Shown one piece after another: positions 12,701 through 25,600 of a stretch of 64,000 bases of DNA (positions within the stretch are counted from its first letter, which is position 1; each line of letters starts with the position of its first letter). Made by a program: the position numbers and the translations under genes. The notes under the pieces were generated by a model that was not told where the DNA came from, did no database searches, and saw only the letters and a program-made list of their open reading frames with translations. The DNA is taken from NCBI GenBank assembly GCA_013265495.1, contig MU057959.1, positions 137,202 to 201,201 of the forward strand, read 5' to 3'. This stretch comes from Vicugna vicugna (taxonomy: Eukaryota).

Positions 12701-15597
12701 CAATCTCACAATGGGCTGTACATGTTTTAAAGGTGAGGGAGGCAGTGAGAGTAAGGGCATCTCCTGGGCCCCCTTTGTGATCATGGCTCTGCTGGTGCTG
12801 TGCTGGCCGTGGCTGCACGTTATGTCCCCAGAACAACACTGGGGGGTCTTCAACCACCAGTTCCCAAGAGACACCATGTATTTTGCTTATTTGTGTCTAG
12901 TGAGCAACTCTTGGGCTATTTTTTCTGTTACAACAGTGTTGGGGCTCATATTCATATATTTAAATTTTCATCGATTGTGTATCCCTCAGATAATTTAAAT
13001 TTAGGAATGCTTTTTAGGACCATTAGAATGAACTTAGACATTTAAATCTTTGCTCTAAACTCCATTGCTTTGAACACAAACTGTTTATGAAGCAATGTGT
13101 TTGCTGCTTCACATCACTGTTTTGGGGGATGTAAGGTCCTTGGCTGTATAGGAATAAGATATTATATGATTGTTTTCAAAAGGTATATTCTTCAGAATGA
13201 ATTTGATTTGTTAACTCAAAATAGACTCTTGAGACGTTAGTTTCTAAGGTTGTTTGAAAGAATCCAGGAAGAGTTTCCTGCACCTGAGAATTTCCTGAAA
13301 TAATAATTCTATGTACATGTGATTAGCCTGCGATTGAATACGCTTAAGATTGGGAGGGACCATGCAAGTAATGTGACTTAAGTCTTTATCCATGACGAAA
13401 TAAAGTACCTGGAAAATTTAGGGCCTAGTGTCTGGTCATAGTTCTCATCTGTGGTAGAACTAGAATTTTAAAATATGGAATTCTGAAAGGAATTTGAGGT
13501 CAAGATTTCAACATAATATACTTTTACCCATAATATAGTCATACTTACCATCTATGGTATAAAGACCTTCTTCATTTATTTCCTTGGTAATTGTTTGTAT
13601 GCCTTTTTCTGTGAATCTTAAAAGCAAAACATATTCAAATGTATGTTTAAAAATAATGAAAGACTTTACAGTTAATTACGGTGTTTTAAATTTGACCCTC
13701 CCTAGTCCCTAGGTCACCTATCACCTTATTTCCTGTAAAAAAAAAAAAAAAAGGTGACATTCAAAAGAGAAGAAATAAGTCTTGTAAGATCAAGTAACTG
13801 TCAAGTGGCAAGGATGCCTGGTTACACATAAAATCTGAGCTGAAGTTCCACAGATAAACTACAAATACAAAAGACATCATATTTGAAGCCTAAGGAACAC
13901 AAATAATCTACAATTTGGGAAAGAAAAGAAAAGTAACAAGGCCTTTCTTCAAACTTGTCACTATCAAGACACATTTTAGTTGTTTCACAAAGCTGGCCTA
14001 GATTTCTTGGAAAATATAAGATAAAAGAACAAGAAAGAAAGACAAAAATGTGTTTAAGTATATCCACAACGCAAGCTCTTCTATAACAACACTGTAAGAG
14101 AATTAAACATTGAATAACACATATATGTATTCATGTCAAAGAGTGTGCCACATGAAAAGTCAGTTGATTACCGAGTATTAAAAGGTATGAAAATGATAAA
14201 CAGATAATGTGGTGTTCTTAAAGTGTCTGACAGCTGATAGCTATGTCTACTGGGATAGGATATATACGTGTATGTGGCTGTAATGTGATTATAAGTAGGC
14301 TATCAAATATATGTAATAAAAAGTCAATTATATATGTATGTCTTTAAAATAGTGTCTCCAAACTTAAAGCTCTTAGTTGACTTCTTAATGCTTTTATTCT
14401 TCAAAATATCTGTCTGTGTTTGCATGCTCCTAGTAAAAATCCCTCCGGGTTTGGAGTACATTTCATGAGCAGCACTGGGAGCTTCATGAATTTAGTGATG
14501 ATTGTAAATCACTGAGAGTCAGCCCTTCAGGGTCGAGACACTTTGTCATCCAGGTTCCCACATCCTCTGAGCCTCAGAGAGAAGCATATCCTACAAGTTG
14601 GACGTGGACTCAAGGCCCTAGAAGTATTGGGATGGAGGGCAGGACCCTCTATTTCCTGTTGTATTGGAGCTTCTCTCCTTTAATGAGTTGACTCCAGTGG
14701 AGCATCTGGGACTTTCCCTCTAAGCAAAGGCTCCAGGACGTTTTCTTGAGTGTGACCCTGGACTTGACTGAGAAATGCCAGAGACCCTTCTAATCCTCAA
14801 AACCCCAGGACTTGAGGTGTTCCACCTAACCCAGGTATTTCACAGCAAGTGTGTAATCCCGACCTTTTCTCAGAGTTTGGGATTTATGTGAATTTTCCCT
14901 GTGTGATATTTCTAGTTACCTGTCACAAAATGTGAAGGTGATTGTGCCAGCTTCTTCATCTATTTCAACCTTACAGTTGATCATCTGGCATCGAGTGATC
15001 TCAGTGGTCTTCTCTGTGTTACTGGCTGCGATATAAATGAGTTTCCATTCTGAAACCTGCAAGCAAAATTCCCCTTAGAAACTGTAGTTTATTTCTTTTC
15101 ATGGTGTCCACCACCATCCGTCACAAATTTCCCTTCACTCCTGTACATCAGCACAAATTACCTACCTTGTATGAACAAAGCAGGGTTCATAAATAATATG
15201 ATAATCTGAGATAACAGGAAAATATGGAGTTGAGATTTTTCAGAAATAGCTTACCCCCTGTGAAATTGAAGAGCTCCAGTGGGAAGGTTCTCTGGCTGAA
15301 CCCTGTTCTCTTGTACAAGGACAGTAAAGATGTGTGACAGCCCAGTAATAGGTGGTGTGGAGGTCACAGAGACAGTTCTGAGTTGTAGGTAGGTGGCCAG
15401 GTGACGTGCACGGATATGTGGATGCACATAACCACAGCCCAAAAAGGGACACACACACCCACACACGCTCTTACACACAAGCAAGACCTACTCCCACATT
15501 AGCCTGTCCCTGGTACCTGTGATTGAACCTGCTCAGTTTCAAGTTCTTGGGTGGCACAAAGAACACCAAGTATAAGACTCAAGAACAGAATCTTCAT
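3755..15597 (-). CDS. Lipocalin gene A: divergent Cys-rich odorant-binding-protein-like lipocalin, 193 aa, intact. CDS exons 15597-15517, 15056-14920, 13616-13549, 6189-6046, 5088-4987, 4784-4737, 3756-3755
   Basis: All introns GT-AG, phases 0,2,1,1,1,1, total 582 nt with no internal stop. Protein: [193 protein letters not shown]. Has a signal peptide and the OBP motifs W..IY.AASN.EK and GIPEEN. Confidence 0.85.
4737..4784 (-). CDS. Gene A exon 6 ([16 protein letters not shown])
   Basis: ttttccccag acceptor, gtaagt donor; 48 nt, same length as gene C exon 6. Confidence 0.8.
4987..5088 (-). CDS. Gene A exon 5 ([34 protein letters not shown])
   Basis: tttttcag acceptor, gtaatg donor; 102 nt; lipocalin helix plus GIPEEN. 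Confidence 0.9.
6046..6189 (-). CDS. Gene A exon 4 (144 nt)
   Basis: ctcacag acceptor, gtatgt donor; contained in ORF 5945..6238; 33 nt longer than the paralogous exons. Confidence 0.9.
6721..12208 (+). mobile_element. Near full-length degenerate LINE-1 in intron 3 of gene A (5' UTR, ORF1 ~8280-9160, ORF2 ~9597-12017 with 3' part deleted, 3' UTR and tail)
   Basis: ORF-track fragments [21 protein letters not shown] (ORF1) and [21 protein letters not shown] (endonuclease); degenerate TSD aggaagggtttta (6708-6720) / aggatgagttta (12209-12220); empty sites in the paralogs at ~29885 and ~49805. Confidence 0.92.
13549..13616 (-). CDS. Gene A exon 3 ([22 protein letters not shown])
   Basis: gcttttaag acceptor, gtaagt donor; 68 nt, phase 2 to 1. 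Confidence 0.88.
14920..15056 (-). CDS. Gene A exon 2 ([16 protein letters not shown]...FTFCD)
   Basis: ttgcag acceptor, AG|gtaact donor; 137 nt; conserved lipocalin Trp. Confidence 0.92.
15517..15597 (-). CDS. Gene A exon 1 coding part (signal peptide [15 protein letters not shown])
   Basis: ATG at 15597 in a good Kozak context (AGGATGA); CAG|gtacca donor, phase 0. Confidence 0.92.
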
Positions 15598-15679
15598 CCT
15601 GTCAGTTTTTCTAGTCCTCCTCCTGTAGAAGCTGAGTGTGCTGTGCACCAGTTGATGGAGAGAATCTTAATGTGTGCCC

Positions 15680-15722
15680 TTTTTATAGTAACCATCTGTG
15701 TCCTGACCCATAATGAACCAAT
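15680..15722 (-). promoter_or_regulatory. Gene A core promoter: TATA box (15680-15687) and inverted CCAAT (15718-15722)
   Basis: TATAAAAA about 85 nt upstream of the ATG, at the same position in all three genes. Confidence 0.75.
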
Positions 15723-17925
15723 GGCTGTTAATCTAAGACACTGGCTACATAGATGTCCTCTTAGGATATCCTGCTTGGCAGGGAGGTTTTCCTGGGCATC
15801 TGTTGTTTTCCTTTGAGATTAGTTTTAAGAGAAGCTCAAGTTGATCTGGACACTTGATTTTTAGGGTAAGTGAGAAATCACAGTACAGTTGAGATGTTTC
15901 AAGGACAGTGATATTTATTTTCTTTCATATCCTGAGTTGCAGAATGAGGTAAGTCCAAGACACCTGCCCTGAAGTCAGAACTTGTTTCTTTAACATTGAG
16001 GAGAGAAAGTTTAAACGTATATTCTCAAACCAGAGTTGTTATCGTTCGGTGTAACAAGATTACAGTGATTTCCTCAGAAACTTTAGGGAAGTTGCTGATC
16101 CCTGAAGGGAGGAACAGATCAGTACAAACAGCGGTCTGCCCCACCCTCCCCAGAACAGGAACTGTCATCCTCATCACGAAGAGGACCTTGAATACAGATG
16201 CCCAACAACCTCTTGTGAAGAAGGCACATCAGCAGTTCATTTTAATATGTCTATTTTCCAGACACCTTTGTTACAGTCTTATTTTTAACATATTATTTAT
16301 TCGTTGAGTCGATTAATTCTCCAGGCAAGCAAGAAAGCTTGATGGTAGTTCCTCTAATTTTTAGAAGTTTGAAAGGAAAAAGCAAATGTCCTATCTTTGT
16401 ACCTCTGGTTATTTTCAAGGACACTGAAAGAGCCAAAGAACCTTTTGTTTGTCTTTTCTTCCTAAAGTTTTATTCATGTTCACTTTCTTTTGTAGGAATT
16501 TGTCAGATAAATTCTATAAGATCTATTCTGTTGTGACTATAGGAATGGTACTCAGATGATGTCTCACTGATCTAAGAACACCCAGAGTCATGACTCAGCC
16601 CCAGCTGCTCCCAGGACACACATAACCTCACTATCTCTGTCTTTGTGTCTGACCTCTGAGGACAGCGTGGTAGAAAGTGGTCTTCAGCCTCCATCTTCTG
16701 ACAATTGTCTTCAAACTCTCAAGGACAGACACTGTTCATTTTCTGCTGTGTTTTATTTTTCTTTTACTTTGGTCCTAATCTGATATTTCTCTTTGTTTCA
16801 TTTACTCCTCTATATGTTGTACTATCCAGTCTTCGACTGTGAAGTCTATGAGATGGAAGGCCTTCATATCTCAAAGTATCTTGGAATTTGTTCTCCTACC
16901 TCCCTGATTGGGATAATTCTGAGCAGGGTCATGATCCCAGTTAACACCCCTCATCCACCTTTCTCAGTCCCTCCATGTCTGCCCTTTTCGCCCCACATTA
17001 GCAGGTTTTTCTTTCAGAGTCCTACAAACACATGTGTTCCCTGGGGATGTGCACCAAGATCATCTTATCTTTGGAAGAGCTTTGTAACTGCCAAACAAGG
17101 GGAAATTAAATAGCAGTTACTCTAAGGGATTATTGCAGCAGCTTAGTCTTTGCATCCTGTTCATCCTGTTATTTTTGACCTACAAATGACACATGATCTT
17201 TAATTTCAATTGATTTGAATTCATGTCAGTCACATTGCTCCTTGATAGTATGACAAATAATAAAGGAACCATCCTACACAAACATGAGGTTTTTACCCTC
17301 AAAGATTGCTAAGCCCTCCTATTTAGATGACTCTGGTCTTTCTTCTCAAATTTTTCCAGGTTTCTGGAATCTGTATCCCATCTCTCCCAGTTTATCAACT
17401 AACTTCTTTCTTGTTTTTCTGTTTTCTCCGTGATTATTCTTTTTACATTTTAGATTCCACAATTCATCTCTAAATAGTGCAAGGAAGATTTTGAGCCTGC
17501 ACACCAGACACACCGGGTTACCCGATGGATTCCTAAGCATGATTCAAATGTATTTAGAATCTGAGTGGAGATAATTCAATACAAGCCTACTTTCAGAGAT
17601 CTGATCCTGGTGAAATTCTGTCCCCAGTGTCTCTCAAATTGAGACAGACTCGGTGATGCCAGACTGTTTTATTGACAATGCTGGTTCTGATGGCAGGTGT
17701 TCAGTGTTCTTCCTGGTCCCCACCTTTCCAACCAGCACCTCAGGAAATGTCATTGCTTCTGGTGTCACACCACACTTCTTAGCAGAAGGCTGCGGGGCCA
17801 TCTCAAAGCTTGTTCTGTGTTCAGAGTCCCTCAGAGCACTGTTCCCCTTGGTAGATGACTCTGTTCTTAAACAGGAGCTGTTATTTGACCAGATAAAAGA
17901 AGGCTTTATAAAGCTGTTTGGAGGG

Positions 17926-18109
17926 TATTGGTTCTCAAACAGGGGCCACTGTGCCTCCCAGTTGAGACAGTTTAAATGAAAGGTAACATGTTTGTCTCAG
18001 TAGGATGGGGGATTGACACTACAGTGTATGTACCCTACAGTGTGCAGGAGAGCCCTTCACGCCCAGAGTTATCCAGTCATGTCAGTCATGTGAAGGTTTA
18101 GAAATGCTA
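17926..18109 (+). mobile_element. MER20 (hAT-Charlie DNA transposon) upstream of gene A, internally deleted
   Basis: tggttctcaaacagggg...cctcccag...tacagtgtgcagga...gagttatccag...gtttagaaatgct matches the MER20 consensus as I recall it. Confidence 0.7.
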
Positions 18110-18567
18110 GTTACTAAGAGTTAACAAGCTCCTCTCACCCAGAGTACAACCTCAGTCCTTGTGGTGACTGCACATTCACACATGAGTTGCTTCTTTCCCC
18201 AGTTGCATACCAGGGAGTCTCCCTCTCTTCTCCTCTGTTCCTGCCACACTGGATTTGTGCTGACTCAGGTGGTTTTTGACTTACTTTTGTCCACAATGTA
18301 CTACATTCCCCCATTCCTGACACCTTTCTGCTTTTCAGTTTATGAGCATTTTTTTCTTTCATAAGCATTCTTCTTCTACTAAAAAGTCCCTTCCACAAGG
18401 TCATAGTCTATGGACATGGAGTTGGCTGCATCCCCAGGGTGCATGACTGGTGAATGAATGAGTTAGTGTGTGTTCCTGGGGATTTCTGTTCCTGATGGCT
18501 ACATGTGGGAAACCATGCATTAATGAAGTTTTGGTGAAAAGAAATCCTGAAGGACCTGTGAATGAAC

Positions 18568-21151
18568 TAGAATCCAGGGCCATGAGCAGGGCTCATTCAG
18601 GTACACTCACGGGAGTATGGTTGAAGTAGAACGGTTCTTGTCAGCAAAGTTCCATGTCCAATGAAGGAAGGCTCTACACAGTCCAGTTGGACTGAGTCAG
18701 ATGTGGGTAGAAGGAAGTTGGAGTTGGACAGCATCACCCAGTCTAGGGCTAGGTATGCCTGAAATGCATGTAAAGGAAAGACAGTCATGGCGGGTTCAGT
18801 AACACAGGTGGGTGTGTTTAAAGAAAGAAGTTCGTACCTTAAAACTGATTCACATTGACTAGGGATTTGTGTATTTAATAGTTACCCAGGTTGTACATTT
18901 CAGCATAGCTTCCAAGGGTGACTCAGTAGTCTGTCTCAGGAAAGGATCACAATCTTTGCATTAAATGTCAAGGGGAAGGGAAACACTCTGAGGTGCAAAA
19001 CAGCCTCAGCAAAGAAGAGCTAAACACTCAATGTGAATGGTAGGGGCAACATCTACACCTGATTTCAAATTTTCTCATTTAATCTTTTTTTATATTGTTG
19101 TTTGCCTTTCAAAATCCTTCAAACCCATCCATTGGTGAAGAGAATAAACATTAAAGAAAAAACAAAACAAAACTGACATAGTGTATGATCTTATTTTTTC
19201 TGAAAATTTCTGGAAACTTATACACATGCAAATACATTTGAAAAGAAATAAATATGATATCCTACAATTGTCAGAGAAGTCAGCTTCCAGGAAAAAAGGT
19301 CCCATTTTTGCTTTTCCCTTGTTTACATTCCATTTGATGTCCCTGTCTTGGTAATGTTCAGTTGGTGTCTCTTTGTTCATTGCTTCTGTTTCATCATTTG
19401 TGTGTGTTTTACTGAATGATGGACACTCCAGTTACAGTGATATTTCCATCAGCCTGTTTCTGGACATAGCCTTTTATCAAAATGTTTATTGTCAATTAAA
19501 TAGCAATTTTCTTTTTACCATACCTCCACCCTCCTGTAAGTAATGAGTGAGGATTACCTTAGGTCACCTTGGAATCAAAAGCCATAGTGGAGAACTGTGA
19601 CTCCCGTACCAGTCCTTCTCAAGATGTGTGCACTCAGTGAGAGAAGCATCTCATTCCTCTGTGGAGTGACTTGACTTTCCCTGTACTTTATGGCAACTTA
19701 GTAGAATATATGTGGTATCATCAATATACAAGAAGCATTTATCAGTATATGCATAAAAGGACAGTGTGTTTTAAGATTGCCCGTGTCCAGTGTTTGGTCT
19801 GTGTTCAGTTTATATGGATTTAGCACCTATCATGTGTGAACCTCACCGAAGTGTCAAAATTAGAGTCCAGAGCCTTGTGCAGGGATCATTCAGTCACACT
19901 CACTGGAGTATTGTTGATGTAGAGAAGGTTCTTGTCCAGAGCTCCTTGGCCAATGAAGCAGGGCTCTAGCAAGTCCAGTGGGACTGACTAATGTGTGTGT
20001 AGAAGGAAGTCGATGTTGGCCTGCACCCCCTAATTTAGGTCTAATTGTACTCTAAATGCATGAAGAAAGGGAAACACAATCATGGTGGGTTCAGTAACAC
20101 AGGTAGGGGTTTTTAACGAAGGAGGTTCCCACCTTGAAACGGATTCACAGAAGATAGGGATTCTGGTGTTAAGTATGTACCCTGGTTGTACATTTCAGCA
20201 TAGCTTTTGAGGGACCTCATTGGTCTGTCTCAGGAAAGGATCACCATATTTCCATGAAAAGTCAGGGGATTCAGAAACACTTTGAGGTGTTAAACAGCCT
20301 CAGCAAAGAAGAGCTAAGCACTCAATGTGAGTGTCAGAGGCAACACCTATATCTGATCTCAAATTTTCTCACTTTTTTTCTTAAAGTTGTTTGCCTTTCA
20401 AAATCCCTCAAACCCATCCATTGTTGAAGAAATTACACAGTTAAAAGAAAAAGGAAACTTACATGCTCCATCACCTTATTTCTTCTGGAAACTTCTGTAA
20501 AGTTTTCAGCATGCAAAAGCATTTGAGCAGGACTAAATGTCATATCCTGCAAATGTCGGAGAAGGCAGCTTCCAGGAGAAAAGGTCCCCATCGTCTCTTT
20601 CCTGAATTTACCTTTGACTTGATGTCCCTGTGTTGGTTTTGGTCAGTTGGTGTCTGTTTGTTCTTTGTTCCATTTCATGATGCATGTGTGTTTTACTGAA
20701 TGATGGACACTCTGTTTCTGAGTGATATTTCCATCAGTCAGTCTCTGAACATAGCCCTTAATCAAGATGTTTAGTGTGAATTAGATAGGATTTTCCTATG
20801 CCTCTGTCCTGCTCTATGTAATGAGTGCAGATCAGCTAAGGTCAGCTTGAAATCAAAAGCCAGTGTGAAGAACAGTGACTCCTAGAGCAGTCTTTCTCAA
20901 GGTGTGTGCGCTCAGTGAGAGAAAAGTCTTAGTCCTTGGTGGAAAGTCTTTTGTGAAAAAGACTTTTCTTTTTTTTTCTGGCAACTTAGTAGAATATATG
21001 TGGTATCATCCAATACACAAGGAATTTTATGCATTTATGCATTAAAAGGACAGTGTGTTTTGTAAGATTGCTACCGTGCTGTGTTTGGTCTGCATTAAGT
21101 TAATATGGATTGGAAACTTATCACATGTGAACCTCACCCAAGTCTCAAAAT
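18568..21151 (+). repeat. Old direct tandem duplication, ~1.29 kb x2 (18568-19860, 19861-21151)
   Basis: Both copies begin tagaatccag/tagagtccag and end cctcacc(c/g)aagt(g/c)tcaaaat; the block is single-copy in units 2 and 3. Confidence 0.85.
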
Positions 21152-21871
21152 GCATCAGAAACCAGACAAATTGGATTCAGGATCCAGTGAGGTTATCTCC
21201 CTATGAAGAGAGAGAGAAGATAAGCAAGCTGGTCACTCTTCCACATATCTCATCTGTTTCTAAGTTCAACAATGAAAAAGAAATCAAGGCAGGACCATGG
21301 AGTGTTTCTGGGACCTTTTTTGGAGGGAGACTGGATTTCCAAAGTGAAAGTATTTGGTTGAAGTTCTGAGGAAACTTTTGATTCAATTTCTGAGGAAAGT
21401 TAAAAGAGTGTGTTGAGAATTCAACTGGGACAATAATGTGCTGGGACAGAAACTAAAGAGGTGATTTGGAAGGTCCTTTCCATTGTTTATTTCAATATAC
21501 TAAGTGTGTACTTTGTAAAGCATTTCCATTTATAGGAATTATGAAATAATTGAGACATATAAAAATTGTCACTGATGTGCTGATTGTCATGTTGAAACAT
21601 TTGGAAAGAAATCTAGCAGTCTTATAGCTGGACACATTCATAGTAGGAAATGGGACAAATTAAAATCACAATTTAGACCTCACTGAATCAGCATATGAAT
21701 AACCTCTAAAACTATGACTAACTGAAATTAACAAAAATATGACTCTCTTAATATTTTATTCTTTTATATGTATAAAACATTGCCTCCTTTACTGTATATT
21801 AATGTGTTAGTGCATCAGTAAAATGTATGCTTTTATAAAATGTAGTCTTCATACCAATCTCTTTTTTTATT

Positions 21872-22078
21872 TGTTGTTGATGCTTTATTTTTTAAGTTAT
21901 GGCCGTATAATCATCCTGCCCCATCCCACAGGTGGCTTCTCAGTTTTGAAAGCACTAAACTGTGAGTCCCCTTAGTCTGGCAAAGCATTGGCTAACACTG
22001 TCTTTTTTTCTTCTACTCTAAGACCCTGTCTCTGAGTTACTTGGCTTATCAGGGACAGGGGCCGATTTGTCATCAACA
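21872..22078 (+). mobile_element. Short ERV-type solo LTR (TGTTG...CAACA) in the tail of the half-L1
   Basis: 5-bp terminal inverted repeat; TATAA-like and gcaaagca-polyA-type R/U5 motifs; paralogous copies at 38411-38614 and 60578-60783. Confidence 0.55.
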
Positions 22079-25000
22079 CCGTAGTTTACAATGTTGTGAG
22101 AATTTCTGGTGTAGAGCTCAATGCTTCAGTCATACACGAACATACACACATTTGTTTCCATATTGTTCTTCAGCATACATTGCTACAAGATATTGAATAT
22201 AGTTCCCTGTGCTGTACAGTATAAAATTGTGTTTACCCATTTTATGTATATTAGTTACTATCTTCAAATCTTGAACTTTCGATTTATCCCTTCCCACCTC
22301 CAGTAACCTTAAGTTTGTTTTCTATGTCCGTGAGTTTGATTCTATTTTGTAAATAAGGAATTTGCCTTCTTTTTTTTTTTAAATATTCCACATATCAAGT
22401 GTTACCATATGGAATTTTTCTGGATTGATAATATTCTTTTCTATTAGCTTCGTTTCTTTTTGGGTTTTTCTGAGTCTCTTGTATGCTTTTGACTTCCGGT
22501 TACCTTGTTTTTCCAGTATGTTAACCTCTTATTACAGCTATTTCCTTTAACTAGTAGTCATATAAGTTCAAACGTATCCTAAAAAGACTGAGGAACAAAA
22601 AAGAGAAGGAAAAAGAGAGAGAGAGAGAAAAAGATCTCTATTTTCATACTCCCCTCTCCTACATTTTATGATTTTGATGTTTTTTTAAACATATCTTCAT
22701 CTTTTTTCTATTGCCACTGATTGTAGTTATCACATTTCACATTATGGTTTTCTTATTTTTATAGCTTCCTGCTCCTTTTCTACATAGTGTAGACCCTTCA
22801 GTATTGCTTTCAGCAGAGGTTTCATATTGCTGAACTCTTTTGGTGTTTGCTTGTCTGTGAAATTGTTTCTCTCTCCTTTTACTCTAAAGAATAGTCTTGC
22901 TGGATAGAGTACCCTAGGTTGGAGCTTTTCTCATTCAGGACTTTGAATCTATCTTGCCGCTTGTTACTGTCCAGCAGTGTTTGTGTAGAGAAATCAGCTT
23001 AAAGCCGTATGAGGATTCCCTTCAAACTAAGTTCTGTTCTCTTGCTCCCTTTACAATCCTTTCTTTATCTTTAAATGTAACCATCTTAATTGTAATATGT
23101 CTTGGTGTAGGTCTGTTTGGGTTCTTCTTATCAGGACCCTGTGTGCTTCATGTACTTGGATATCTGTTCCCTTCTTTAGATTTGGAAAGTGGAAAATTTT
23201 CAGTCTTGATTTCTTCAAATACCTTTTCTGTCCAGTGTTGTCTTTCTTTTCCTCTGAGACTCCTATGATGTGTAGGTTGGAATGCTTTATATGATCCCAT
23301 AGGCCCCTTATATTGCTTTCATTGGTTTTTACTTGCTTTTCTACCTGCTATTCTGATTGGGTGACTTCTGTTGTCCTGTCTTCTAAGTTACTTATTCATT
23401 TCTCTGCATTTTCTAGTCTGCTTTTGACAGCCTTTAGCCTGGCTCTTATATCACTCCTTGAGTTTTCTGTGTTTTATTGACTTCTCTTTATACTTTCTAT
23501 TCCTTTTCATGTATTCTTTGTGTCTAATCAAGGCCTCTCTTATTTCATGGTTTCTCTTACTTCCTTCAGTGGCTTGATCAACCTCTTTTTGTACTCATGA
23601 TCTAGTAGATTATTGAGATCAGTCTCATGGTTCATTCTTTCAGGAGATTTCTCTTCTTTTAATTGGGAATTGTTCTTCTGTGTCTTCATTTTCCTTATTT
23701 TCTCCTGCTCTAGGGACTAAGGAGTATCATTTATCTACTGTGGAGTAGATACTGTGTTTAGGGCTATTTTATTCTTGGTTTATTTGTTTTTATTTAAAGT
23801 GAGAGCTTTCCTGTGTAGACTGTGTGCATCTAATAGTTTTGTTGTGATGGCTCTTCTTAGTATGGATGGTTGCCTTGTGTTTCTTCCATGTTGGCTCTTA
23901 TCCCTTTGGTGGTGTGGTTGGTGTTCTTCAGAGTGTGCCCTGATTCTTGTTGTTCAGCTGGGCCTCTTTTATGTTGTTGTTGTTCTGTGATTGTCACAAC
24001 TCTGACAGGGGCCAGGTCCTGCACTTCAGTTATTGGAATACAGGCTTCTAGACCCATTTATGATCTGTGGTGTATGGCGGGAAGGGCTGCAGCACTTGGA
24101 AGAAGAGGAGACAGGAGATGTCCACTGGGAAGTGCCCTCTGTGGTGTTGTCTGTCACTTGTTATGTAACTTACAAAGTGCTCTTTGTTGATGCTTCCTCT
24201 GTCCCTGCCTTAGCTCTGAGAATGTTAGCTACCTGTTCTGGTGTCCCCCAGGTTCTGGGCCGCAGGAAACACCAGTGCAGATCTGCCAATGGCAGAGTCT
24301 AGGACCCACCATAACAAGCATGCAGTCACACACCTGAAACCATGGTGTGCCACAGGGTCAGCTAGAACCTAGCCCCATCTACATATGCATACCTGTTGTA
24401 AAATACATACTGATCCCCGCCTTTGTTAGAACTCCACTCACTGCATGTTCTTCCCAGGTTCGCAGGTCCACAGAGGTTCCAGACAGAGCAAATCTGCCCT
24501 GTCTTCTGGGGCTGTAAAGAAATTTCAGTCTCGCCTGTTAAGTTTCCGGGCCCTTGGGTATGGTGTCGGTTTTCATGTCTGCCTCCATTCAGCAGTGATG
24601 GCTATGACAGAGCCCCACCTCTCTTCTCACAAGAACTCACCAACAGTGGAGATAAGCAGAAAAAGTGGCTATGTTGCAATTTTCTTGCACCCCTCTCCCC
24701 ATGCACACCAGCAATGGTGCTTTTTTATGGGGATCCCAGACTTTTCTGTTCTGCACACACCCCCAGTCAGAGCTCACAGTGACCTCCAGATTCTTAAGGC
24801 TGTGTCTGTGCAGCTGGCCCCAACCCTCTGCCTGGTCTCCTCACCAATCTCCAGTAGCCAGTCCTGGCTCCTACCTGCTGACTTGCATCTGGGACCTTGA
24901 ATCACACAGACCCTCCATGTTAGTTCTCATTAGTTCCCATTGCAAGTGGTTGCCAATTCATACTCTGAACCTCAAAACTGCCCTTCTGCCTTCTACTATC

Positions 25001-25260
25001 CTCCTGGCTGGAGAGAGGACGTCCCAGCGTGAGGGTGCGTTTCTTACTCTGCCACTCCCTCTCTTAAGCACCCCACACACCCCTATTTTTAGGTTTTTTT
25101 CCTCTTACTGAATTTTGTTTATTTTCCTGTGTTTCAAAGTAAGAAATTGGCCAGATTTTGGTAGGTGTTCATTGTGATTCACTAGGTTCGTAGTTGAAAT
25201 TCTTCTTGATTTTGTGGGAGAGGGCTAGCTGGGAGCTTCTTTACTTGCCATCTTGGCCCC
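22079..25260 (-). mobile_element. ORF2-less LINE-1 derivative (half-L1/HAL1-like): 3' UTR joined to inter-ORF spacer, ORF1 and 5' UTR
   Basis: Antisense 3' UTR (22079-22420) continues directly into sequence matching the inter-ORF spacer at 9420-9520, then ORF1, then a 5' UTR ending gccatcttgg (sense ccaagatggc) at ~25257. Confidence 0.8.
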
Positions 25261-25289
25261 TGTCTCTGTACATCCATCTCTTGAAAGTA

Positions 25290-25600
25290 CCCTAATCTGT
25301 CTGGAGGACAGAGGATGAAATATTTCACGATAAAATCATGGTTATGTGCCTGTAGAAGAGTTTGTCTGAGTTTAGATATTTCTTCTTTGAATGTTTGATA
25401 TTTTTCATTAGTGAAATCTGGAACTGAAACTTGTCTATGCACAATTTTATGATGGCAGATTGAATTTCTTTAATAAATAGAAAACAGTAGTTTTCATCTT
25501 GAGTCAATTTTTTAACATCCCTTTTAGGAAATGTGTTCATTTCGTCAAAAATACTACTTTGGTCAGTGTAAGTTTGTGTAGTGTTTTTGTATTCTCCTCA
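25290..25600 (-). mobile_element. Ancient LINE-1 ORF2 remnant
   Basis: Degenerate match to antisense ORF2 (cf. 41870-42050); ORF track PDFTNEKYQTFKEEI resembles [16 protein letters not shown]. Confidence 0.6.

Larger units (their letters stand above)
2290..25260 (-). repeat. Segmental duplication unit 1 (carries lipocalin gene A)
   Basis: Intronic and flanking sequence aligns collinearly by eye with 25490-45385 and 45470-62770. Confidence 0.85.
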
